A stretch of 64,000 bases of DNA from an uncultured delta proteobacterium (GCA_963808235.1 CAWEEQ010000004.1:3104001-3168000), one strand, 5' to 3'; positions 19,861 through 31,292 are shown, counted from the stretch's first letter. Notes: a model not told the origin generated them from the sequence alone. Made by a program: numbers and translations.

Positions 19861-19989
19861 CTCATCTGGCTCAAACGATTGCGATATTCGCAAAATCCAT
19901 GTTCAGGTGGTTGCGTCCGGGAATTTTAGCAGATAACGACACTGATTACGGAGCACTCGATTTCGTGATGAACAAAATGAGATCGCAAA

Positions 19990-20409
19990 ATGAGATCGAT
20001 AGTTAAGCTGGTTGGCGGCGGCGTCGGACTCGCTTGCCTGCTGATCCTTGCTGCGGGATGCGGCGTGGAGGGCGAGGCCTATCAGCCGCGGCCGGTTTCG
20101 GCTGAGAAGAGCGTCATCTACATCTACCGGCCGTACAACGTTTTAGGTTCGAGCGCGGCTCCGATGATCACTTGCGGCCACGACAGTATCGAGATGGAAC
20201 CGGGCGGCTACTATTCCTTCGATCAGGAAACCGGAACCGTTAGCTGCGCGGTGGCGGACGATCCGAAGGCTGGCCTGAAGTTCGAGGCGCGTCCCGGCGA
20301 GCAGTACTTCATCAAGGAAGACGTCGATGGAGGCACGCACTTCATTATGATGGACGCCGCTGTCGGGTCGGAGGAAATCAAGGATTGCCGCCGGCAAGGA
20401 ATTAAATAG
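19990..20409 (+). CDS. Lipoprotein, DUF2846-like
   Basis: AAGC lipobox, SVIYIYRP, GGYY, PGEQYFIK. Confidence 0.75.
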   Translation: MRSIVKLVGGGVGLACLLILAAGCGVEGEAYQPRPVSAEKSVIYIYRPYNVLGSSAAPMITCGHDSIEMEPGGYYSFDQETGTVSCAVADDPKAGLKFEARPGEQYFIKEDVDGGTHFIMMDAAVGSEEIKDCRRQGIK

Positions 20410-20441
20410 AGATTGCGCCGCCGGCAAGGAATTAAGTAGTG

Positions 20442-21356
20442 ATGCCACGAATCGTCACCCTGCTCCCGAGCGCAACCGAGATAGTGTGCGCGCTCGGCTT
20501 CGAAGCGCAGTTGATCGGGCGTTCGCATGAGTGCGATTTCCCACCGTCTGTCGCCCGCCTGCCCGCATTGACCGAGGCGAAGTTCAATCCCGAAGGCAGC
20601 AGCGCGGAAATCGATAAGCGGGTGAAAAAGATCGTCGCCGATGCGCTCTCGGTCTATCGCGTCGATGCGACGAAGCTCCGCGAACTGCGCCCCGACGTGA
20701 TCGTCACGCAATCGCAATGCGAAGTCTGCGCGGTCAGCGAGCGCGACGTCGAAGCCGCGGTCGCTGAGTGGCTGGGCGCGCAACCGCGAATCGTTTCGCT
20801 CGCACCATATTCACTCGAGGACGTCTTCACCGATATGCAGCGCGTGGCGGACGCGCTCGACGCATCGGCGCGCGGCCTCGAACTCGTCGCGAGTTTGCGC
20901 GCTCGTCTGTCGGCAATCGCGGAAAAAGCGCACAACGCCGCGTCACGACCAGGGGTCGCGACTATCGAGTGGATCGATCCGTTGATGGCGGCGGGAAACT
21001 GGATGCCCACGCTGGTCGAGATGGCCGGCGGCTCGAATCTGTTCGGAAGAGCCGGTGAGCATTCACCTTGGATGAAATTCGAAGAACTGGCCGCGAAAGA
21101 CCCTGACCTAATCCTGATCTCGCCATGCGGGTTCAACATGGATCGTGCGGCGAAAGATCTGCCGACGCTGACCAATCGCCCCGAATGGCCGCGCCTCAAA
21201 GCAGTGCGCAATCGACGCGTCTTCATGGCCGATGGCAATCAATACTTCAATCGTCCGGGTCCGCGAATCGCAGAGTCGATCGAAATTCTCGCCGAGATCG
21301 TGCATCCCGACTTGTTCCACTTCGGGCACGAAGGCTCCGGCTGGCGCCGATTGTAA
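20442..21356 (+). CDS. Cobalamin/Fe-siderophore-type ABC substrate-binding family protein (no signal peptide)
   Basis: RIVTLLPSATEIV, GRSHECDFP, PDVIVTQSQCEVCAV, YFNRPGPR. Confidence 0.85.
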   Translation: MPRIVTLLPSATEIVCALGFEAQLIGRSHECDFPPSVARLPALTEAKFNPEGSSAEIDKRVKKIVADALSVYRVDATKLRELRPDVIVTQSQCEVCAVSERDVEAAVAEWLGAQPRIVSLAPYSLEDVFTDMQRVADALDASARGLELVASLRARLSAIAEKAHNAASRPGVATIEWIDPLMAAGNWMPTLVEMAGGSNLFGRAGEHSPWMKFEELAAKDPDLILISPCGFNMDRAAKDLPTLTNRPEWPRLKAVRNRRVFMADGNQYFNRPGPRIAESIEILAEIVHPDLFHFGHEGSGWRRL

Positions 21357-21362
21357 CCCCAC

Positions 21363-22277
21363 CTACTTTTTCGAGAGATACGCCATCCCGACGCGCGCAG
21401 GCGTCAGTTTGATCCCGAACTCCTTCAACAGCAGTTGGTTGTCGCAGGCGTTGTCGGCGGTGACGAATGTAACCGCGTCGCGAGACAGCAACGGCTTGGG
21501 CAGCCTTTCCAAAAGCCCGCCGACCGCACGCATAACAGTTTCCGGAATATGAAACAGCAGCCGGCGATGACCGCTCGCGTCCATGATGACTTCCATCATC
21601 TGGTCGAAGGTCATCAGATCGGGACCGCCAATATCATAAGTCTCATTGCGGCCGCGCCCCGACAGCGCCAGCGCGACGCACGCCGCGAGATCATCGACCA
21701 GCACCGGCTGCACCCATTGCTGCCCAGTGCCTGGCACGCCAAACACCGGCGCATAGCGCAGCGCGCGCGCCAATCCATTGACGACCTTGTCCTCGGGGCC
21801 GTAGACGAGTGACGGGCGGAAGATCGTGAAAGTCAGACCCGACCCGCGAATCACGCGCTCGGCGCGTCCCTTGGCGCAAAAGCCGGGATGAGGGCTGTTC
21901 TCGTCCGCTGCGGCGCCGCTGATGTAGATGAACTGATCGACGCCGGCTTGTTTGGCCGCAGCGACCAGCGCGACCGTGCCGCCGTAGTCGATTCGCTCGA
22001 AGGTGAGGCCTCGGCGCGGATTTTCGATCGGGTAACCGTCGAACTGGATCGCATCGACGATCGCGCTCGCACCGGCGAGCGAGTCCTTGAGCGTCGATCT
22101 GTCAACAATATCGCCGCGAACGAACTCAAGGCCCGGCAAGTCAAGTCGCGCTCGCGCCGCGTCGGGATTTCGCGTGAGCACGCGTACTTTTATCTCACCC
22201 GTGGCGGCGAGCCGGCGCGCGATCGCACGTCCGATAAATCCTGAGCCACCAGCTATGACAACGGTTTTTGCTGGCAT
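21363..22277 (-). CDS. NAD-dependent epimerase / NDUFA9-like atypical SDR
   Basis: IAGGSGFIG, FRPSLVYGPED, QPVLVDDLA, IGGPD. Confidence 0.88.
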   Translation of the reverse strand: MPAKTVVIAGGSGFIGRAIARRLAATGEIKVRVLTRNPDAARARLDLPGLEFVRGDIVDRSTLKDSLAGASAIVDAIQFDGYPIENPRRGLTFERIDYGGTVALVAAAKQAGVDQFIYISGAAADENSPHPGFCAKGRAERVIRGSGLTFTIFRPSLVYGPEDKVVNGLARALRYAPVFGVPGTGQQWVQPVLVDDLAACVALALSGRGRNETYDIGGPDLMTFDQMMEVIMDASGHRRLLFHIPETVMRAVGGLLERLPKPLLSRDAVTFVTADNACDNQLLLKEFGIKLTPARVGMAYLSKK

Positions 22278-22290
22278 CAGATTTCCCCGG

Positions 22291-23673
22291 CTACTGGCTT
22301 CGCCAATCTGGCGAGAACCGGGCGCGCGCGATGAATTCGCCGCGGCCGCGGGTCGCATCGACCTTGCGATCAGCAGCTATCGCAACGCCGCGCGAGATTG
22401 TCAGCCTTGGCCAACCATTAACTTCGAATCCTTCGAAGGGATCGTAGTCTGACCGGGAGTGCATCTCGCGGCTCTTGATCACGACGGTTCGCTTCGGATC
22501 GAAAACCACCAGGTCGGCGTCGGCGCCTTCGACGATCGCGCCCTTTTTCGGATACATGCCGAAAATTTTCGCCGCATTGGTTGCGATCAGTTCGACCCAT
22601 CGCGAGATCGAAAGCCGTCCTTTCGCGACGCCTTCGGAATAGAGCATCGGCACCAGGGTTTCGAGATTCGACATCCCCGGCATCATGCGCGTGAAACGAT
22701 CCGCGGACAGCTTGTTCGCGAGCGACCAGCTGCAATGATCGGTCGCGACCACGTCGATGGTGCCGTCGGAGAGCGCTTCCCAGATTGCGTCGCGATGCTC
22801 CGCGCTGCGCAGCGGCGGATAGCCGACATACTTTGCGCCGTCCTTTTCGAGAAACCGTTCTTCAGTCAAGTAGAGATAGATCGGCCGCGTTTCCGCAAGT
22901 ACAGCGCGGCCGGATGCGCGTGCGCGCCGAATTTCAGCGATCGCGTCGCGACTCGACAGATGAACGAAGTAGGCGGGCGCTCCGGACAACTCGGTCATCG
23001 CAAGTGCGCGCCTGACCGCGGCGGCTTCCGAGAGCGGCGGGCGACTGGCGGCGAAATGAGTGACATCGGCCTTGCCGGCGGCGAGCAGGCGTTCGGTGCA
23101 GAACCCAATCAGGTGCTCGTCCTCGGCGTGAATCGTGAGCATCGCACCACTTTCGGCGGCGACTTTGAACGCGCGGAGGTAATCGCGCGCACGATTTTCG
23201 AAACCCAACATCATAAAGATTTTGAAACTCGTGACGCCGCGATCGACGACGCGCGGAATTTCCGCGATCGCTTCCTGGGTTGGATCGAGCAGCGCGACAT
23301 GAAATCCGTAGTCGATCATCGCGTGGTCGTGCGCCTTCGCATTCCATTTTTCGATCGCGCCGGCAAGCGATCCGCCTTGCGCCTGAAATGCGTAATCGAC
23401 AATCGTCGTGACGCCTCCGGCGGCGGCCGCGACCGTGCCCGATTCAAAGTCATCGATCGTGTGCAGCGAAAACATTTCCGCATCGAGATGCGTATGCGGA
23501 TCGACCGCGCCTGGAATCAGCAGCATGTCGTGCGCGTCGATCGTGCGATGCGCTGATTCGAGCGTGCCGGGCGGCGCGACTCTTGCGATTTTTTCTCCGC
23601 TTACGCCGACATCGCCAAGTGCCACGCCCGAGGGCGTTACGATTGTTGCGCCGACGATCGCGAGATCGAGCAT
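22291..23673 (-). CDS. hydA: Dihydropyrimidinase (D-hydantoinase)
   Basis: PGAVDPHTH, GGVTTIVDYA, SFKIFM, HAED, VHLSS, PPLR, ATDHC. Confidence 0.88.
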   Translation of the reverse strand: MLDLAIVGATIVTPSGVALGDVGVSGEKIARVAPPGTLESAHRTIDAHDMLLIPGAVDPHTHLDAEMFSLHTIDDFESGTVAAAAGGVTTIVDYAFQAQGGSLAGAIEKWNAKAHDHAMIDYGFHVALLDPTQEAIAEIPRVVDRGVTSFKIFMMLGFENRARDYLRAFKVAAESGAMLTIHAEDEHLIGFCTERLLAAGKADVTHFAASRPPLSEAAAVRRALAMTELSGAPAYFVHLSSRDAIAEIRRARASGRAVLAETRPIYLYLTEERFLEKDGAKYVGYPPLRSAEHRDAIWEALSDGTIDVVATDHCSWSLANKLSADRFTRMMPGMSNLETLVPMLYSEGVAKGRLSISRWVELIATNAAKIFGMYPKKGAIVEGADADLVVFDPKRTVVIKSREMHSRSDYDPFEGFEVNGWPRLTISRGVAIAADRKVDATRGRGEFIARARFSPDWRSQ

Positions 23674-23691
23674 CGCGGCGGACCTCCGCGA

Positions 23692-24699
23692 CTAGACGTG
23701 CTTGCGATGCGGCCGGGGAGAGACTGGCCGCGGTGTTCGGCGGCGACGGACGCGTTTCGGCGGCCGCGATTTCCCGATCGGCGCAGCCTTGGCGCCATGA
23801 ACGCTTTCCACGAAAGGTGTCAGCGTGAAGCGCGATACTTCGGGCGGACAATTGATGCGGATGCGGAGCCAGAACGTGCCGAGACCGCGATTCGTATAGA
23901 TGTAGAAATCTTCGTAGCGGTTCAGGCCCGAGTAAAACTGTTTTCCGATTCTCAAAATCGACTTGAGCGGCGAACCGTAGAACGGAATCCGCACGACGCC
24001 GCCATGAGTGTGTCCGGAGAGCATCACGCCGGGTTTCAGATGCCGCGCGTACAGAGCGGTGTCGGGATTGTGCGCGAGAACGATTGTGCAGTCGGTGCTC
24101 TTTACGTCGGCGAACGCGCGTGCGGGCTCGGCGCGCCGCGACCACAGGTCGTCGATGCCGACCACCATCAACTCTTCGTTGCGAAGGGTGAGTCGACGGC
24201 TCTCATTGGCGAGCACATCGGCGCCGGCGCGCTTGAGCGCATCGGTGATTCGATCGGCCGACGACCAATGATCGTGATTGCCGAGAATCGCGATGACTCC
24301 GGACTGCGGCCGCAAATTCCTGAGCGCATCGCGAAACGCGCCGAGATAGCGATTCATTGTGTCGGGACCGGAAAAATAATCGCCGGTAAGAAACACGAGA
24401 TCGGGATGCTGCTGATTGATGGTCTCGACTGCGAGCGCCAATCGCTCGAGGTCCTCGTCGCGATCGACATGAAAGTCACTGATCTGACACGCGACGAGAC
24501 CGCGAAGCGCGCTCGGCAGATCGCGCACCGGCAGATCTACCGGCGACACTTGAATATCGTCGATCGTTCTCCGCCACATCCGATGCAACGGACGCAGCGC
24601 GAGCGGAGGCTTCACTCGCGCCGGCGCGACATGCTTGGCGGGCTTGTCGCGAACCGGCTTGTCGTGCGGCGAGTGGTCTATGAGTTCAGCGGTCGACAT
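23692..24699 (-). CDS. Metallophosphoesterase (YkuE/YaeI-like)
   Basis: SDFH, TGDY, GNHD, LAHNPD, SGHTHGG, TNRGLG. Confidence 0.9.
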   Translation of the reverse strand: MSTAELIDHSPHDKPVRDKPAKHVAPARVKPPLALRPLHRMWRRTIDDIQVSPVDLPVRDLPSALRGLVACQISDFHVDRDEDLERLALAVETINQQHPDLVFLTGDYFSGPDTMNRYLGAFRDALRNLRPQSGVIAILGNHDHWSSADRITDALKRAGADVLANESRRLTLRNEELMVVGIDDLWSRRAEPARAFADVKSTDCTIVLAHNPDTALYARHLKPGVMLSGHTHGGVVRIPFYGSPLKSILRIGKQFYSGLNRYEDFYIYTNRGLGTFWLRIRINCPPEVSRFTLTPFVESVHGAKAAPIGKSRPPKRVRRRRTPRPVSPRPHRKHV

Positions 24700-24712
24700 C
24701 GAAACAGCAATA

Positions 24713-25414
24713 CTAGAATACTTCGACCAGCCTGCGAAAGGACGTGAGTTCGATAATCATCCCGTCAGCCTCCGCGATTTCCTCGTGCTCGAGTTCCCAG
24801 GTGTGCGGATGCGGTATATAAACGGCACGCAATCCCGCTCGCACCGCGGGATTGATATCCGACTTGGGGCTGTTGCCGATCATAAAAGTCGTGGACGGAT
24901 TCAGATCCGCATCGCGAACGAGTTGCCGGTACGCGTCGACGTCCTTCTCCCGCGGCGTCTCGACGCGATCGAACAGCGGCGCGAGTCCCGACCGCGCGAG
25001 CTTTTGCAATTGCTCGTCGCGCTGTCCCTTGGTGAACATCAGAAGCCGATGCCGCTGCGAGAGTTCGCGCAATGTCGGTTCGACGTCCGGCAGCAATGCG
25101 CAATCGCGATCGATCAGACACGCGCCGATTCGTTCGATCTCGTCGCGCAAGTTACTGTCCGACGGCGCAAGCTCCTGGGCCGCATGATGCAGCGCCATCA
25201 CGTAAGGCCGGCGTCCGTAGCCGAGCGATTTGATCAAGTGAATTTCAGCGCGGCGGACTGCGTCCTGAATTTTCACGCGAGAGAGGCCAAGGCCCGAGTT
25301 CTCGACCGCCGCAGCGAAGGAATCGAACGCCTCGAGAAAATGGATGTTCGAATCCCAGAGCGTATCGTCAGCGTCGAAAATCAGATTGAGAGAATCAGTC
25401 GCAGAAGAAGACAT
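24713..25414 (-). CDS. HAD family hydrolase
   Basis: FDADDTLW, TKG, MIGNSPKSDINP. Confidence 0.9.
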   Translation of the reverse strand: MSSSATDSLNLIFDADDTLWDSNIHFLEAFDSFAAAVENSGLGLSRVKIQDAVRRAEIHLIKSLGYGRRPYVMALHHAAQELAPSDSNLRDEIERIGACLIDRDCALLPDVEPTLRELSQRHRLLMFTKGQRDEQLQKLARSGLAPLFDRVETPREKDVDAYRQLVRDADLNPSTTFMIGNSPKSDINPAVRAGLRAVYIPHPHTWELEHEEIAEADGMIIELTSFRRLVEVF

Positions 25415-25464
25415 CTATCTATAGGGTAGCTGCCCGCGACGAAGCGGGCAAATGAGTATCGAAA

Positions 25465-27330
25465 TTATCCGCGCGCAGCGGACGGAGGGGCCGGTAGAAT
25501 CATCAAGCCACCAGTCGACGGATTGCGTCCTACATACACGCCGGTTTCGTAAACACGCTCGAGATTTTCCGCGGTCAGCACCTCGTCCGGCGTTCCGTAC
25601 GCGACCGAGTTGCCGTCGCTCAGCAGCAGCACGCGATCGGCATAGAGCGCGGCGGCGTTGAGATCGTGAAGGGTCGCAATCACGGTCATCCCGCGCTCGG
25701 TGGAGAGTTCGCGAAAGCGCGCGAAAATTTCGGCGACGTGCTTCAAGTCGAGAAATGCGGTCGGCTCGTCGAGCAGCGCAATCTTCGGCTCCTGCGCCAG
25801 CGCGCGCGCAAGGAATACGCGCTTGCGTTCGCCGCCGCTTAGCTCCTGCACGTGGCGTCCCGCAAGATGGGTCAGGTCGAAGCGCTCGAGCGCCGCGAAT
25901 GCAATTTCGAGATCGTGGCGACTCTCGAATCTGAATGCTCCAAGATGCGGCGCGCGTCCCATCAACACGATCTCGAGCACGGTGAAGCGAAATGCAACCG
26001 CGTTTTCCTGGCCGACCGACGCAACCGTGCGCGCAAGATCGCGGCGCTCGATTGAATCAAGCGGGCGGCCGAAAAGTTCGACGCTTCCGGCGGTCGCCTT
26101 CATCGAACCGCCCAGCACCTTGAGCAGCGTGGATTTGCCGGCGCCGTTCGGACCTACGATCGCCAGCATCTCGCCCGCCGCCACTTCGAGCGAGACGCCG
26201 TGAAGCACCGGCACGCCGGGGTATCCAGCGCGAATGGCACTCGCACGAATCGCGGTCTGAGAATTGGCGACCGTCATATCTAACGAGAGCGGCCTCCTTC
26301 CTTCGCGGCGCAGCATATAGATGAAGAACGGACCGCCGCAGAGCGCGGTGATCGCGCCGACCGGAATCTCGGCGGGAGCAATCGCGACTCGCGCGACCAG
26401 ATCCGCAGCGACCATGAACGCGGCGCCGCCGATCAGCGAAGCGGGAAGCAGCAGCCGATGATCGGCGCCGAAGACCAATCTCAGCGTGTGAGGAACGATT
26501 AGTCCGACGAAAGAAATTATTCCGCTGACCGATACTGCCGCGCCGATCATCACCGAAGTCGCGACGAAGATTGTCCGCCGCAGCGCGTCTACATCGACGC
26601 CGAGTTCCGCCGCCGACTCGTCGCCCAGGCTCAGAAGGTTCATATCTCGCGCGCGAAACATCAGGACGGCAAAGCCGCCGACCCCGAATACTGCGACGAT
26701 CGCCACTTCGCGATAGGTGGGAGCTTCGAGACTTCCCATCAGCCAGAACAGGATGCTGTGCGCGAAGTAAAAGTTCACCGCGCTGTTCACGAGCATGATC
26801 GCCGCCCCCCAGAACGCGTTGAAGATCACGCCGACTAACAGCAGCGTGAACGGCTCAAGCTGTCCGTCGACCATCGCGAGCCGATAAACGGCTACCGTCG
26901 AAAGCAGCGAGGCGGCAAACGCGCAGAGCGGAACCGCCGCTTCGCCGCCGCCGAGTCTCGCGAACATCACCAGCGCGATTATCGCGCCGAGTGCGCCGCC
27001 GCCCGAGATTCCCAGGATGCCTCCCTCGGCCAGCGGATTTCTGACCAATGCTTGCAGAGCGGCTCCCACTGCGGCCAGGACCGCGCCGACGACGATGCCC
27101 ATCAGCACGCGCGGCAGTCGCGCGCCAAAGAAAATTGCGTGGTCGGCACTCAGCGGATCGGTGAACGCGCGCGAGAAGCTGATATGCGCGCTGCCGAACG
27201 ACGCCGCCACGCCGGCGCATACGATCAACACGACGAACAGCGCGCCAAGGATCGAGAGCATTCGCGCGCGCGTCAGATGCGCCGCCGCGACCCGCTCCGC
27301 ATGCGCCGGATTGTCGGCGGTCGCACTCAC
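25465..27330 (-). CDS. FecCD/BtuC permease in frame with FecE/BtuD ABC ATPase
   Basis: RLPR, RNPLAE, GIISFVGLIVPH, GGPFF, then GPNGAGKST, LSGGE, LLDEPT; ATPase Met at 26277. Confidence 0.88.
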   Translation of the reverse strand: MSATADNPAHAERVAAAHLTRARMLSILGALFVVLIVCAGVAASFGSAHISFSRAFTDPLSADHAIFFGARLPRVLMGIVVGAVLAAVGAALQALVRNPLAEGGILGISGGGALGAIIALVMFARLGGGEAAVPLCAFAASLLSTVAVYRLAMVDGQLEPFTLLLVGVIFNAFWGAAIMLVNSAVNFYFAHSILFWLMGSLEAPTYREVAIVAVFGVGGFAVLMFRARDMNLLSLGDESAAELGVDVDALRRTIFVATSVMIGAAVSVSGIISFVGLIVPHTLRLVFGADHRLLLPASLIGGAAFMVAADLVARVAIAPAEIPVGAITALCGGPFFIYMLRREGRRPLSLDMTVANSQTAIRASAIRAGYPGVPVLHGVSLEVAAGEMLAIVGPNGAGKSTLLKVLGGSMKATAGSVELFGRPLDSIERRDLARTVASVGQENAVAFRFTVLEIVLMGRAPHLGAFRFESRHDLEIAFAALERFDLTHLAGRHVQELSGGERKRVFLARALAQEPKIALLDEPTAFLDLKHVAEIFARFRELSTERGMTVIATLHDLNAAALYADRVLLLSDGNSVAYGTPDEVLTAENLERVYETGVYVGRNPSTGGLMILPAPPSAARG

Positions 27331-28194
27331 TTAACGCCACCCGGTGCATCGCGCCACGCCTCCGGATGGATCATCCGCGCGATCATCTCGAGTGAGTCGC
27401 CCACTCGCGGGCCGGAATGAAGAATCGGACTTTCCGGGTAACCGAAAATTCGATGCTCCCGAACGGCCGGGATCGCGGGATACATATCCCAGAAGCCGCT
27501 CGACAACGTCGTGTCATTGCCCATCGAACCGTCGAGGATCACCTCGGGACGCATCGCGATAATGTACTCCATGCTGAGATGCGGCCACTCCTCGTTCGCC
27601 GGCGCAGCGATATTTTCGGCGTGCGCGATTTGCAACAGCTCGTCGAGATAGGTGCCGCGCCCGACCGCGACGATAGGCTGATGACCCACCAGCATCAGCG
27701 CGCGCTCGGATTTTACCGTAGATAGACGCGCGCGCACCGAGTCGATCTGCGCGCTGATTTGCGCTACCAGGCGGCGCGCTTCAGCCTCGCGGCCGATTCG
27801 CGCACCGACTGCTTCGATACTCGCATCGATTTCCTCTAGCGAGCCGTCACGGACCAGCAGCACCGGATAGCCCATCGATTTGAGCGCTCGTATCTGCCGC
27901 ACGTCCGACGATAGTCCAAGCCCAATCACTAGGGTGGGACGAAGCGCGATTATCGCTTCGAGATTTGGCGTCAGGAACGAACCGACTCGCGGCAGAGCTC
28001 GCACCGCGGGAGGATAGTCGCAGTAATCCGACACGCCGGCCACGCTCGGCCCGGCGCCCAGCGCAAACAGAGTCTCAGTCACCGACGGCGCCAGCGAAAC
28101 GATTCGCATCGGCGGGGCCGCATACGACCGGCGACACGACCGCAAGTGCGAAGAGCAAGAACGCGGCGACGGCCGCGAGGCGATGCGAAATCAC
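27327..28194 (-). CDS. BtuF-like periplasmic binding protein, frameshift near 28128
   Basis: RIVSLAPSVTETLFALG, VSDYCDYP, PNLEAIIALRP; signal peptide VISHRLAAVAAFLLFALA in adjacent frame from GTG 28194. Confidence 0.85.
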
Positions 28195-28323
28195 ATCCGC
28201 GAAACTACCTGATCGTGCCCGCGTCCGTAAGCCGTAAAAAAGGCAACCTTGTTTGTTGCATCGGGTCTTTGTTGCATCCAGTCACGGCGCTCAACTAGCC
28301 TCGACCCGACAAGGAGTGTCGCA

Positions 28324-30148
28324 GTGCTCAAGATTGCCGTTTGCATCAAGCAGATCCCGCTCGTCGAAGAGGCCAACTTCGACGCCACCACCAGGACCAT
28401 CAAGCGTGACGGGCCTAACGTTATCAGCGCGTACGATCTGCGCGCCGTGTCGCTTGCGATCGAGCTGAAAAATCGCCATGGCGCGACAACGACCGTGGTG
28501 ACGATGGGACCGCCGCAGGCGCGCGCGCGCGCTCGTCGACGCGCTCGCGATGGGCATGGACCGCGCGGTGCATCTCGAAGATCGCGCGTTCGCCGGCGCG
28601 GATACACTCGCCACGGCGCGCGCGCTCGCGATTTGGCTGGCGCGCGAAAACTTCGATCTGATCCTGCTCGGCAAATACTCGCTCGACGCGGAGACCGGAC
28701 AGGTCGGTCCCGAAATCGCGGAGTTGATCGGCGCAGCACAGATAACCGGGGCTCGAAAGCTCGAGCTCGACGGAACGATGCTTCGTGCCGAGCGAGAGAG
28801 TGATGAAGGATTCGAGGAAGTCGAGGCTGCGATGCCCGCGGTGATCACCTGCGCCGAACGGATCGCGCAGCCGATCAAAGTCAAGCCGGGCGCTTCAGAC
28901 GAGGCGAAGACCAAGGCTGTCGAATCGGTGCGAGCATCGGAGCTCAGCACCAATCCCAGAGATTTCGGGCTTGCGGGATCGCCGACCTGGGTGCAGGAGG
29001 TTCGCGTTGTCGAGACGCCGAAGACGGAATGCAAATTTATCGACGCAAAGGATCCTGAACGCGCCGCGGCGGAGGTAGTTTCGCAGCTCGAAGAACTGGG
29101 CGCACTCGACCCACGCGTCCACCAGCGCCGGCCGATTCAGGAAGTCCGCCGCGCGAGCAAGCGCAGTCGCGACGTTTGGATAATTTGCGAGACGAATCTC
29201 GAGGGCCACATCACGCGCGGTACCCTGGAACTGCTCTCGCGCGGAGATGAACTCGCGACGCGGCTCGGCGGCGCGCTGGTCGCGGTTGGGTTTGGCGGCA
29301 CGATGACGCATCACGCCGGCCTCCTTGCGAGTTTCGGCGCCGACCAGGTGCTGCAAGTAGATCATCGTGCGCTCGAGTCGTACACACCCGAGGCTGCGGC
29401 TGAAGCCGTGGCGCAACTCGTTTCATCGCACGCGCCGTGGGGAATTTTGCTCGGCGCGACCGAGCACGGACGCGACTGGGGACCACGCCTCGCCGCGCGC
29501 ATGGGGCTCGGGCTCACCGGCGACGCGATCGACATCGAGCTGGACTCGGAAGATCGGATGGTCGCGCTCAAGCCGGCGTTTGGCGGAAATATCGTCGCGC
29601 CTATCTACTCCAAAACCTTCCCGCAGATGGCGACCGTGCGTCCGGGCGTGCTCGAACTCGCGGCACCGTCGGAAAGTAAACAGGCGGAGATCAAGACTGT
29701 GCGGCCCGAGATCGGTGCGCCGAAGAGCCGCCTTATCAAAACGCATTCACTGCTCGACACCACGATCGCGCCGCTCGAAGGCGCTGAAGTCGTGGTGGGT
29801 CTAGGCACGGGAGTGGGCGGGCCCGACGGCGTCACGAAGGCGGCGGAGTTCGCGCGGATGCTCGGCGCTGCGATCTGCGCGACGCGCCGCGTGACGGATC
29901 TCGGATGGGTGCCGCGTCAGTTGCAGGTCGGCTTGACCGGCAAGTCGATCGATCCGCGTCTGTATATCGCGATCGGAGTGCGCGGCGCGCCCAACCACAC
30001 CTGCGGCCTCAAGCGCGCGCAGACGATCGTTGCCATCAACAACGACGCCGACGCACTCATCTTCGAGCGCGCAAATATTGGGCTCGTCGCCGATTGGCAG
30101 GCTATCCTGCCGGCACTTCAAGACAGTTTTCTGCGTCGCCTCGCGTAG
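28324..30148 (+). CDS. Fused electron transfer flavoprotein beta-alpha (EtfBA/FixAB), frameshift in GC run near 28525
   Basis: KIAVCIKQIP, TMGPPQA, GADTLATARAL, DAETGQVG, GSPTWV, then KPAFGG, QVGLTGK, IVAINND; AAGGAG RBS. Confidence 0.9.
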
Positions 30149-30169
30149 CCCGTTAGCAAGTTAGCCGCA

Positions 30170-31247
30170 TTACGCTTGAATTTCGTACAGCGCGGAGAAC
30201 AAATCTTCGATCGGCAGCCGGCGAAAGTGCTTGAAGCCCGCTGCTGCAACGAGTTCGCGAGCTTTCGCTTCGCCCATGCATGCGCCGATTCCGGCTCCGC
30301 CGTGCGCAAGCGAGGTCGTCATGCAGTAAAGCGTGCTCATCGAATACATCAGCCGTCCCATCGGGTTGATGTTGTCCTCGAGATTCGACGAGACGTTCAC
30401 CTCGACCATCAGGTAGGTGCCGCCGGGCCTAAGCGCGTTGCGAATCGACTTGAGGAGTGCGTCGGGATCGACCGAGTCATGCACCACGTCAAAGGTGGAA
30501 ATGAAGTCAAACTCGGCAGTCGGCAGCTTCGTGCAGTCGACAACGTCGAATTTGATTCGATCGCCCAAGCCGGCCTCCCTGGCATTCGCGCGTGCGCGCT
30601 CGAGCGATCCGGCATGCGCATCGAAGCCGAAGACCCTCGGCTTTGGGAAACGCAGTCGCAATCGCGATCGCCGCACGTCCGCTCCCACAGCCAACGTCGA
30701 GCGACGATCCACCCTCGCTCAACTTCGCCACCACCTGCGGCATTGTGGGCAGCCACTTGCGAATCAACTGATGCCGGTACATCGAGGCCGACGAACGCTC
30801 CATCGCCTCCCAAGTCTCGGGTGGATACTCGCTCTGCGCCACGCCGCGCCCGTCCTTGAACGACTGCATGACTCTGGGTGCGATCGACATTTGCGGGACG
30901 ATCATTTCGATAAACCCGCCGGCGAAAAACGGCGAGTCGTCGCGCGCGAGGACCATCGCGTGCTCGGCCGGCATCGCATAAGTCTTTGCCGCGGGATCGT
31001 AGTTTACGTATCCAGCCGCCGTCATCGCGCCGAGCCATTCGCGCAGATACCGCTCACTTAACCCCGTCCGCTCTGCAAGATTCGCGCTGGTGACGGAACC
31101 TGCTTCGGCAAGCGCGCGGAAGATTCCCAGCCGATCGCCGATATAACTCAGCGCTCCCAACATCGCCGCGCCGATATCAGTCGAAACTTGCTTCGAGAAA
31201 TTTTTAATTTTGTTCCAGTCGAGTTGCGATTTGTCGTCTGCCATCAT
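30170..31247 (-). CDS. Winged-HTH plus SAM methyltransferase (Rv2258c-like), frameshift near 30637
   Basis: IGDRLGIF, ERYLREWL, LDVGCGSG, FDVVHD, STLYCMTTSLA. Confidence 0.88.
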
Positions 31248-31292
31248 TTTCCTCCGCGCAAGTGCAGTATCGATCAATTCAGGCTTCCGCGG

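Noticed and set aside
28195-28323. Cobalamin riboswitch upstream of the btuFCD-like operon
   Set aside because: The intergenic gap is about 130 bp and shows no B12-box consensus
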